Part shown: positions 49,797 to 60,315 of the stretch, piece by piece | How the letters are laid out: every line of letters starts with the position of its first letter | How positions within the stretch are numbered: position 1 is the stretch's first letter | DNA from: Marsupella aquatica | Lineage: Eukaryota; Plantae; Marchantiophyta | Reading direction: 5' to 3' | Assembly: GCA_973895155.1 (NCBI GenBank) | Contig: OZ316898.1 | Coordinates: forward strand, 21,540,122-21,604,121 | DNA length: 64,000 bases | Notes under the pieces: model-generated | Databases searched by the model: none | What the model saw: the letters and a program-made list of their open reading frames with translations, nothing else | What the model was told of the DNA's origin: nothing | Program-made: the position numbers and the translations under genes

Positions 49797-50288
49797 ATGG
49801 TGAGGAAAAGCAGACCTCAGAAAAGAGAAAGAGCCTTGATTAGGTCAAGGGATAATCAAACACACATGATTATCAGTGCCACTGCAAGAGAGAGAACAAC
49901 TATTTTGAGAAGGCAGGTGTCCAACATCAGAGGAGGAAGCTACTTTTGGGGTGGCGAATTGGTGAAGGTTGACTCCTGGGACACCAATATTTTGTATGAT
50001 TGTGTATTTGTTTTCAGAAGAGCCCTAGATGGAAGACTGGAATTGATTGAAGCCACTCAAGATGAGGAATTTGATGCCAATTTTATTCCCCCCTTACTAA
50101 AAGAACATGACATTAAGGAGGAAGTATTGGAGGAGGAACTTGAACATCAATTAAGGGAAACGTTGGATAAGTTAAAAGGGAATCCATTGTGGAGAAACCA
50201 ACTTGATTATGTTTTAACAGAGTTTTACCAGAATAATCCCAATTTAATACTTAGGGAGGAAAGACCAGTTATGACCTTTAGGGTTTAG
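49797..50288 (+). pseudogene. First internal ORF of the Athila-like element, cut off at 50276 by telomeric repeats
   Basis: Open from ATG 49797 to the junction; its last codons (FRV*) are encoded by TTTAGGGTTTAG. Identity (gag N-terminus or extra ORF) is not recognisable. Confidence 0.55.
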
Positions 50289-50304
50289 GGTTTAGGGTTT
50301 AGAG
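50277..50304. repeat. (TTTAGGG)3 TTTAGAG at composite-repeat terminus
   Basis: Directly followed by TGTCATCCCCAGTTTT. Confidence 0.95.
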
Positions 50305-50477
50305 TGTCATCCCCAGTTTTCACATGTGGCATACCAGTTTTTTAAGTACTGGTATGATTATTGAATATTGGGGGTGAGTTTGACCCCCAGTTTGTTGTGT
50401 GCGCATTTTGGAGGGGCTAGGGGTGGGGGTACCCCGCAATTTTCGGGGTGCGTGTACCAGGGGGCGAGTGCCACCCT

Positions 50478-51800
50478 ACTGTAGCTTTTGGGGGTGTAAC
50501 GAGCTGGGGGTGAGGGTGGGGGAGGGGTTCCATGGGGGTTGAGGGTGAGGGTGGCCCCCAGTTTTGGGGGTGCGTGCACATGGGGGCGTGTGCAACCCTA
50601 ATTGAGCATTGGGGGTGTAACGAGCTGGGGGTGAGGGTGGGGGAGGGGTTCCATGGGGGTTGAGGGTGAGGGTGGCCCCCAGTTTTGGGGGTGCGTGCAC
50701 ATGGGGGCGTGTGCAACCCTAATTGAGCATTGGGGGTGTAACGAGCTGGGGGTGAGGGTGGGGGAGGGGTTCCATGGGGGTTGAGGGTGAGGATGGCCCC
50801 CAGTTTTGGGGGTGCGTGCACATGGGGGCCTGTGCAACCCTACTGTAGCATTGGGGGTGTAACGAGCTGGGGGGGAGGGTGGGGGAGGGGTTCCATGGGG
50901 GTTGAGGGTGAGGGTGGCCCCCAGTTTTGGGGGTGCGTGCACATGGGGGCGTGTGCAACCCTAATTGAGCATTGGGGGTGTAACGAGCTGGGGGTGAGGG
51001 TGGGGGAGGGGTTCCATGGGGGTTGAGGGTGAGGGTGGCCCCCAATTTTGGGGGTGCGTGCACATGGGGGCGTGTGCAACCCTAATTGAGCATTGGGGGT
51101 GTAACGAGCTGGGGGTGAGGGTGGGGGAGGGGTTCCATGGGGGTTGAGGGTGAGGATGGCCCCCAGTTTTGGGGGTGCGTGCACATGGGGGCGTGTGCAA
51201 CCCTAATTGAGCATTGGGGGTGTAACGAGCTGGGGGTGAGGGTGGGGGAGGGGTTCCATGGGGGTTGAGGGTGAGGATGGCCCCCAGTTTTGGGGGTGCG
51301 TGCACATGGGGGCCTGTGCAACCCTACTGTAGCATTGGGGGTGTAACGAGCTGGGGGTGAGGGTGGGGGAGGGGTTCCATGGGGGTTGAGGGTGAGGGTG
51401 GCCCCCAGTTTTGGGGGTGCGTGCACATGGGGGCGTGTGCAACCCTAATTGAGCATTGGGGGTGTAACGAGCTGGGGGTGAGGGTGGGGGAGGGGTTCCA
51501 TGGGGGTTGAGGGTGAGGGTGGCCCCCAATTTTGGGGGTGCGTGCACATGGGGGCGTGTGCAACCCTAATTGAGCATTGGGGGTGTAACGAGCTGGGGGT
51601 GAGGGTGGGGGAGGGGTTCCATGGGGGTTGAGGGTGAGGATGGCCCCCAGTTTTGGGGGTGCGTGCACATGGGGGCCTGTGCAACCCTACTGTAGCATTG
51701 GGGGTGTAACGAGCTGGGGGTGAGGGTGGGGGAGGGGTTCCATGGGGGTTGAGGGTGAGGGTGGCCCCCAGTTTTGGGGGTGCGTGCACATGGGGGTGAG
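50478..51800. repeat. 121-bp G-rich satellite, ~11 near-identical copies
   Basis: Exact 121-bp period (ORF-track starts 50579, 50700 ... 51789); each unit has about ten G3-G5 runs on the + strand. Confidence 0.97.
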
Positions 51801-52051
51801 GGTGGTCAAAATTGGGGGTGAATCACCCCCAATGTATGCATACTAGGAGTGAGTCCACGCTCCTATCGCGACGAGGTGATCACAACTAGGGGTACGAGTA
51901 GTTGGCTTTTTATGTAATTTTGACTTTTTTAAAGTATTGGTAAAACGTTTCATTTTGGTGGATTTGCGCAAATAGCACGTTTTGGAACGTTACGTGCTCG
52001 CCTAGCACGTTTTTTTGACAAGTTTAGCAAAAAGAAAAAAAAGGGTTAGCG

Positions 52052-54650
52052 TTTAGGGTTTAGGGTTTATGGTTTAGGGTTTAGAGTGTCATCCCCAGTT
52101 TTCACATGTGGCATACCAGTTTTTTAAGTACTGGTATGATTATTGAATATTGGGGGTGAGTTTGACCCCCAGTTTGTTGTGTGCGCATTTTGGAGGGGCT
52201 AGGGGTGGGGGTACCCCGCAATTTTCGGGGTGCGTGTACCAGGGGGCGAGTGCCACCCTACTGTAGCTTTTGGGGGTGTAACGAGCTGGGGGTGAGGGTG
52301 GGGGAGGGGTTCCATGGGGGTTGAGGGTGAGGGTGGCCCCCAGTTTTGGGGGTGCGTGCACATGGGGGCGTGTGCAACCCTGTATATATCTTCTCTGCAC
52401 AGCGCGTGCAATGAGGCCGGTCTTCAGGCCATTTCAGGGTATTTAGGGACCGCGGTGCATGGTCTCCTACATGCAGTGCACGGTCTCAACATTTCATTAT
52501 TTGGACTCCCACAACATTATTATCAAAACCTTTAAACTCCACTAGTATTGATTAGGGTGACTTACGGGTGGTTGCCGTAGGCTCCCATAACATTATTTTT
52601 TAAGTGTTCATACACCACTAGCATTCATTGTGACTCACTTGTAGTCCCGCACTCCCATAACATTTCCAATAAATGTCTTTTGCAGCTATAACATTCATGT
52701 TGAAACCATTGGACTCCGTTAGCATCAAAAGTGTCACCATTCAATTTGGGTTCGTGAGAAATACAAAGGAAACAAAGCTTGGTCAATGCTTCTAGAATTC
52801 TTGTACCAGCCTTCAATCTGGTTCCTTAATGTGCTCGTCACCTTCAAATTCCCTTCTGCATTATTGTTGGGTCGGTATTTTGGTCGGGAAGCATTGGCCT
52901 TCGAGAATTCCTGTCGCTGGCCTTCAATCTGGTCCTGACTGTGCTCGCCACCTCCAAATTCCCTTCAATCTGCATCTTGAATCTTGCATCGCTTGGATGG
53001 CGTACTGACATCGTCAATAATTGCAGCAAGTGATGGATTAGAGTCATTCACTGTCGGATGCAGTCTTCGAGCGAAGGCATTTCCGAATGGTTGCATTTTT
53101 TATGCTTACTGGTGGCAGTGGCGTGGCATGGTTTCAGGCTGAGTGTGCAGTGATGGAGCTTCTCTTCTGTACAACATCCATGGTTGCGGTATCCATGCCT
53201 TGCTACTCACCTCCATCTGTGTTGCAACTCCATTCAGACACTCCTAGGACCCAAATCGCCTTCACTGTCCAACCCACCATACAACACTCTTATGTAAAGG
53301 CTGTGTCTCACATGCGATACATGGTATGTCTCCAAGTTTCAGCATATGGACTCCCACAACATTTCCGGTTAAAGTGGAGGCTCCCATAACATTTCCGGTT
53401 AAACCGTAGACTCCCATAGCTTTCATGTTGAAACCTTTAAACTCCGTTAGCATCAAATGTGTCACCATTCAATTTTGGACGTGGGAAATGAGATACAAAA
53501 TTTTGGACGTGGGAAATGCCCATGTGCTCAGATGGGTATGTATGTTTCAAATTACAGTATTTTGAAGGTTGGGGGTTACGAGGGATGGGGTATTCCAAAA
53601 CGCACAGCCACCATGTGTTGGGGTAATGCAAGTGCCAATGTGCTCCGAAGGGTATGTATGTATCAAATTACAGTATTTTGAAGGTTGGGGGTATGAGGGA
53701 TGGGGTATTCTAAAATGCACAGCCACCATGGGCTGGGGTAATGCAAATTAATGCCCATGTGCTCTGAAGGGTATTAATAGGATAATGTCCTGGTTAGAGG
53801 GCATTGTGGGATATAATGCCCGTAACTAGGACATTTAATGTACGTAAAAACTTGAGTGACTTTTTGGTAACAAACAAGAAAAAGTGAATCCCTGAAATAG
53901 AAAATTCAAATTAAAGGGTCATCCAAGAAGTGGTTGCTATGGAATTGGCCAAAAATATACCTTCTTTAGTTATATTAGATTCTATTCATAGATATTGTGT
54001 TAGTATCAGGTAGGTGTTTTGTATAATCCCCTCCTCAAAAAAAGGGGTGCATTATGGAGAATTAATGCACTCAAATATACAAAGAGAAAAGCCACGAAAG
54101 TCTTTACGTATCAAAATTACAGTATTGAAGGTGAAGGGGGGTACGTGGGATGGGGGTATTCTATAACGCACAGCCACAGTTGAAGCCACTTTGATAAGTG
54201 ATTACTCAGTTGAACAATAGGAGAGCAATGCTGCTCTAAGTGGAATGTCTTATTTTGTTTACGAGTGGAATGTCTTGTTTTGTGGACTACCGTAAACAGA
54301 CATGTTCATTAATGAAGAAATGCGGTGCTGGTCAGACTGTCCTCACTGTTGTTTTTATAAAGTGGGATGAGAAGCTATTGACAAACCACATCATCACTGA
54401 CCACACACACTCTTACTGTATAATAATCAGAAGTACTCACTGTACTGTCCAGTAGTCTGCGTTTTTGGATTAGTTGTGATGATTTCTGTTCAGTCTGCTA
54501 CTATAAGGAGGTTGAATGGGCAACCTTCCAGTATGGGTGAAGGTTTTTTCGGGAACAAACAGGCACAGCAGGGTAGTATGGTTGAATTGCCTAATCTATC
54601 TTGTTGTGGGCATTGTATTGCACCTCGCGCTAACCCTTGGTACACTCTTA
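52052..54650. repeat. Inverted copy of the composite repeat, starting with a second telomere-repeat terminus (52052-52086); 52059-52380 duplicates 50277-50598
   Basis: Contains in order the terminus, one satellite unit, reverse complements of 15558-16030 and 33585-33860, the 1-478 block, and the reverse complement of 4035-5370. Confidence 0.92.
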
Positions 54651-54859
54651 ATCTTAAAAGGTGTTCATCTGTAAAGGCCAAGTATTCTGATAAACCCACA
54701 CAACACTATTGAAAGAAAAGGAACAAGGTTTAGGGTTTAGAGTATTCTGAGAAAACCACACACTGTTGACACTGTTTACATGATAAATGGCCATTGTCAG
54801 TAAGAGATACAAAAGTTGAGGTCATGTAATGCGGTATTATGGTTCATATTATTTAGGAA

Positions 54860-55260
54860 ATTGGGCCATATACGTGGATATCATGCACAAGCTAGGGTAA
54901 TCTAATAATCGAGTAATGTACAACTAAGGTTAATGTTAGGAATACATCCGAACCTCGGGGTAATCCAATCACAAAGCAATGTACTAGACAAGTTAATCTT
55001 AGGATATTGTGCCATACACACGGATACGAAAGTTGGGGTAATCTTATCCATCAATAAATATACATTAATTAATGTTTAGGATTTGTGCCATACACATGAA
55101 TACAAAAGCCGGGGTAATCTTATAATCAATAAAGTACTAGTAAGGTTAATGTTTGGAAATTGGCCACACCCATGGATACAAAGCTGGGGTAATCCTACAC
55201 ATAGATACGAAGCAAATGCCGGGGTAATCTAATAATCATAATTAAAGTACAAATGAATGT
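54860..55260. repeat. Degenerate ~70-80-bp tandem repeat (GCCATACACATGGATAC...GGGGTAATC), ~6 copies
   Basis: GGGTAATC recurs at ~54895, 54958, 55036, 55112, 55187 and 55222. Confidence 0.75.
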
Positions 55261-56434
55261 ATTAAGGAATGTACTAAGCTGGGCTGTAAAAATGTGGGGT
55301 TTTACATACATGGACACAAGACTATAAACGTGACGAAATGATGTAATCATGCAGGTCAGGTAAAGTAGGAAGATTGTTTGTTACACCAACAGTCTTCGGC
55401 CACAAATGAGTTTTCGGCCACAAATGAGGTGTTGTACAACACATTTGTTATGTCATACAGCCATCCATTTGAGTAGTGTTTTTTTATCTAGATGTAAGTG
55501 TCCAGTGTGAGGGAAAATTGGCAGGTCATGTGGGACTGGGGAAAATAAATTTTGATTTGTGTGAAGTGCGGCTCACACGTCGCTTCTAGGTTCTGAAAAT
55601 CTAGGGTTGATGGTAAAAATGAAAATGTATAATCTGAGTATGAAATAGATACGGAGGTGTCGAGGAGTAAAACTAGACCAGACCAGAATGGGGCAGGGGG
55701 AGTTTAGGGTCCATTTATATTGAATGTAATGAGAGAATTGTTTACTAGAATAAATGGTACCCCATATTTAAATAACGTGTCTATTGATCGATACCCAGGA
55801 AAGAAAATACCGTCCTATCTTCTTTGCACTTCAACCGATGCACAATGCTTGCCTTTCTAGAGAACAAGGTAGCCAAAACAAATTCACCGAAGAGAATAGA
55901 TAGTTCAAAACTCCTGACTCTAATTTACAAATACTACAAAAAAACATTTGACTCTTACCTGAAGTTTTCCTATCGTCTAAAATCTTAAAGTTTCCCTTTC
56001 CTGAAGCTCAAATTGTTTTTCCTTCCCTGCCCTTCCTCAAGTTTTTTTCCCTAGTGCCTGAAGCTGGAGTTTTTTTTTCCTTCCCCCCTGACGGTGAAGT
56101 TTTTTTTTCTTCCTGGAAAAAGCTGAATTTTTTTTTGCTTGCTTTGGTTTTTGCTGTTTTTCTTCTCCCCCACTTTCACATTATGTAGGTTTGTACATCA
56201 TGTGCGAAAAAAACTAGGATACAATGTATGGATTTGATGAAAAAAATCACCTCTGGTTTAGGGAACCAATATAGAGCAGGTAAATTCAGGCATGTACTTT
56301 GGCTGGTATTTGTCCCTGCAATACCCAAAATGCTGGTCCGGTGAGGTTTAGGGTCTTTTCAGTACGTTTGGAGTCCTTCTACCGGCGCAGGGCGCCTTCA
56401 TGGGGTCCCTGCCCGCTTTGTTGCTTGCTATGAC

Positions 56435-56925
56435 TAATAAAAGTACCCTCATTAATAAGAGTACCCTCATGGACAAGGCCCAACACAAGGATACCCTTAG
56501 GAGATAAGAGTACCCTCACTGATAAGGGTACCCTCATTATCAAAGTACCATTGTTGATAAGTGTACCCTCATTGATACTTAAGAGTACCCTCATACGCAA
56601 GGGTACCCTCAGGAGATAAGAGTACCCTCATTGATAAGGGTACCCTCACTGATCAAAGTACCATTGTTGATAAGCGTACCCATTGATAAGAGTACCCTCG
56701 CTGATAAGAGTCCCTCGCTGATAAGAGTACCCTCGTTGATAAGAGTACCCTCAAGCACAAGGGTACCCTCAGGAGATAAGAGTACCCTCATTGATAAGGG
56801 TACCCTCATTGATCTAATTAAGTACCATCGTTGATAAATGTACCACATTGATAAGAGTACCCTCACTGATAAGAGTACCCTCATGCACAAGGGTACCCTC
56901 AGGAGATAAAAGTACCCTCATTCAC
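56435..56925. repeat. Array of ~18-bp GATAAGAGTACCCTCA units with a higher-order AAGGGTACCCTCAGGAGATAA marker
   Basis: More than 20 GTACC cores; marker at ~56488, 56599, 56759 and 56889. Confidence 0.92.
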
Positions 56926-58870
56926 ATGGGGAGCAATGAAAATAGGGATAATTGTAACCACGTCCAAAAGGTGAGATCTGTGATCATAGCCATTCAAAAA
57001 TACTGTCCTTCAAAACCTTGAGGACTTTAGTTTAAGAACTTTTCTAACAAACAGTTCAAGAATGTTTTTATAACAAAGAATCCAATAAAGTGTAAACTTT
57101 AATTTTATGGTGTTCAATTTTTTTAGATTTTCCCACACTATAGCAAACAAATCCACTGAATTTGTTTATTCTAATTCCAATTCAGTAAATATTACAATTC
57201 CGGTCAAATAGTACACGAACCATTTCAGATCTGAGTACCGAAATGCCGTAAGTTGTAATTTTTATCATTAGATTTATGAATAATTCAACATGTAGGTGGG
57301 GAGAAAGGGGGAATTTTGATGTTGAGGTACTCACCTTCATAAATCTACTATTGATTTGTCCCAAGGAGTGTACAGTTCTTTCCTTGGTCTCGCCTCAATA
57401 TTTGTACAATGTTGGCATGAATGACACTGCACAGAACACTAAAAGGATTTAGTGTCTTGAGGATGACCAAAAACAATGACAAGAAACCTGAAACTGAAAC
57501 TCATTTGTCCAAGTGCATGTAGAGCTTCATATCATTGGCAACAATAGTGCTTGAAGCCAACTTACTTTTGAATGACGTGTAAGGCAATATCTTGTGAAAG
57601 AGGGCCGATAGCTTCCCAACTACTAAAGGAAGTAGATTTTGCACTCACAAAGTCATCCCAACAACCAGATCCCCTTGTGCAATCTGAGAAACGTGGAGTA
57701 TTCAATAAAAAGTTCAAAGCAAAATGTAATAAAACCATCATAAACTCAATATAATGAAATGTAACCATGTCCTTTGTGATAAATTCTGCAAACCCTTCTG
57801 CTTTTTAAATATCTACTAATTAAAAGGAAAAGGATAATACACCAGAATTTACTTCAAAACTCACTGTCAATCATGTTCTCCGAACAATAAGAATGATAGG
57901 GAGGGAAAATGTCAACCTGGGCATACGCCCAAGTCAGGGTGTGAAGCTTAATTTTCAGGATCCTGGAATTGTGGCCGGAGAGAGGCAGCTTGCAGCAACA
58001 AGTGCTTCAGGCTTCTTCCTCATCAGCATAGCCAACACCACTAGGAGACCAACCTAGAGCAAGTACAGGTCGAGCTCCCTCCTTGTTTGTGTAGTTCAAT
58101 GTTCTGACCATGTTCAATGTGCTGCATTCCCTTGGGTTTGGATGATCTTCCCTTGGCAGAAATGAGTCACATTCCAGAGTTACTCCATGCATAATGATTA
58201 TTCACCTGCCCCTGGGGTTGGATGATCTTTGTGTGGGATAAATGCCCGGTTTGAGTTAACGGGCAAGTTTACGTGTTGCCCTACGGGGTGTGGTTGGGAC
58301 CGGGTGGGGTTGGGATAGGGTTGGGATGAGGTTGGGACGGTGTCAGGATAGGGGCGGGATGACCAGGTGTGACGGATGACAAATCAAGGCCAAACCAGGC
58401 ATAAATGAATCACACTTCAGAGTTACTCAAGGCAAAATGATTATTCTTCTGCCGCCAATCTGAATTGACTACTTGTAGCCTGGTGGAATCAGTGGATACT
58501 CATTACTTGGCGAGAGGTTGCACCATAAAGATTGTTATGGTTAGGAATCAAATAATAGTTGAGTGTTCATTAAGTGTTTATAATACCTTGAAAGGGTTTA
58601 ACAGTTTAATGATTAGATGCATGGGACCCGGATGGGATCCCATATGAGCTTACACTTTGAATCGTTCAACAATCTGAACCATAAAATGTACAAGGGTAAA
58701 TTTATAAGAAGGTAATGGCATTGTGACTTTTTTCATCAAAGCAAGCTGGAGTGCCAGTTCCTTGTTATTAGGATATATCTAGATCCAGACTAGCTCCAGA
58801 GTACCAAAATCTCTGCACTTTTGGGGCACTCTGTTGTGCTATGCATTTGAGGGAGTATTCATATCTATAA

Positions 58871-58893
58871 CTAGACCAATGCCCGTGCGTTGA
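58871..58893 (-). mobile_element. Possible Helitron 3' terminus relic
   Basis: Minus strand reads CAACGCACGGGCATTGGTCTAG|T, resembling plant Helitron 3' ends. Only one arm of the hairpin is present. Confidence 0.35.
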
Positions 58894-59984
58894 ACAAAAG
58901 ATGTTGACATGAGAAAACATACCAAGGAGAGAGAAAGAGTAAAAGTGAGGAAAAGATATCAAAGTGAGAAAACTAAGTGAATAGTTTAGCTACTCATTTG
59001 CTAAACTAACAACAATAAGTTCAGCAGTTAATTGGCAAGGGAGTCCACCCTACAATTTAGCTGGTTGCAGTCAAACTGGAGTTTGGACTTTGAATGCCAT
59101 AAACTTACATTCCACCATGGGTGAGTGCAATGTGTGTATTTAGGCAAAGCTCAGATAATTGAAGGGAATGGGCTTACTCCCCTCTTTTATAGGGGGAGTG
59201 ACACTTATTTCACTGACAGTTTACATAAGACTGCAAGATGGGCATCACTAGAAGAAATTAATAAGAAATCATTAGTAAACCCTAAACCCTAAACTTTCTA
59301 CAGTAGTTGATTCTAAGTGTGTTAATTTATATATATAGTGCACGTTGCACATATTGGTGAGAGGCAGCCAGGGGTGAAGTCTCAATGTGTGATCACATGT
59401 AGGGTCTGTTGAGGGGAATCTAACATTTAGGATACTTAGACCAGTACTGTCAAAGAACTCACACTCCCCTGCTGTAAATTAAGCCGACATTGCTCCAAAG
59501 CAGAGACAAACTTTCTAAGTTCATTGATCTACAAAACTCTCCCCACATTGAGACCTTACTAAAATAGAAAACGAGGAAGAAGTACATTTAAGAAAACTAA
59601 GGACCAATTTCCTGAAAAAGGCCAAACAAAGTACAATGGAGTAAAGCAAATTATAGAGATAAACTAAACCCTAAACCCTAAACTTTACCCTCAGCTTAAG
59701 TGATTTAGAAAGGAAATGCAAACACAGCAAAGGTTAATTAAATCAATTATTTTGAGCTCAATTTATTAATTGTTATCAGTAACAAAATGATGAAAAATAA
59801 CTGCAAGAAAGAAGCAACAATGGGTACTAGATAGAGGACAAGGTTCACATGTGGTCCCAATAGGTTTTTGCCCACAGGCAGGTCCCATTTGTTTAATATG
59901 TTCCGTTAGCTTACATACATCTAATGAGGGTCCAAATGGAAATGAATCACTCTACCAAAGAACAAAATGAGCCAAATCTGTGGA

Positions 59985-60315
59985 TGAGACCCAATAAAGG
60001 GGAGAAGGGACAGGATCCCAATTACATGACCCCCCAAAACGGGGAGAAGCTGATACAGGATCTCAACTAAATGAGACACACAAGAGGGGAGAAGAGACAG
60101 AGGATCTCAACTAAATGAGACACACAAAAGGGGAGAAAACCAGAGAAATACCATTTGAAGACCAAAGACTGAGCCAACATTCCTGAGTTCCGAATAACTA
60201 CAAAGATTCAGAAATTATGCTAACCTAGGTATTATCACTATCGAAAATTCCTGATCAAGCCGCCAATAACTACAAAGAACTTAGAACATGCTAACCTAGG
60301 TATTATCACTATCTA
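59985..60315. repeat. Short tandem duplications (~46-bp GGGGAGAAG...GGATCTCAACTAAATGAGACAC units; AATAACTACAAAGA...GCTAACCTAGGTATTATCACTATC x2)
   Basis: Direct inspection. Confidence 0.75.

Larger units (their letters stand above)
43237..50276 (+). mobile_element. Athila-like Ty3/gypsy element: 5' LTR (~43237-49478), PBS and start of internal region, truncated at 50276
   Basis: LTR 3' end ACTACA (49478) is homologous to the solo LTR ending at 22248 and is followed by a PBS. The 5' start TGTGA at 43237 is inferred (same first 5 nt as the related solo LTR; PHD similarity ends here; no second TSD available). Confidence 0.7.

Noticed and set aside
50358-51789. Series of 114-aa Pro/His-rich ORFs (extensin-like)
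   Set aside because: They are translations of the C-rich strand of the 121-bp satellite; the period is not a multiple of 3.
59278-59685. Two-unit AAACCCT tracts (also 12901, 30787, 54728) as further element termini
   Set aside because: They lack the adjacent TGTCATCCC terminal sequence; they may be telo-box motifs or chance.
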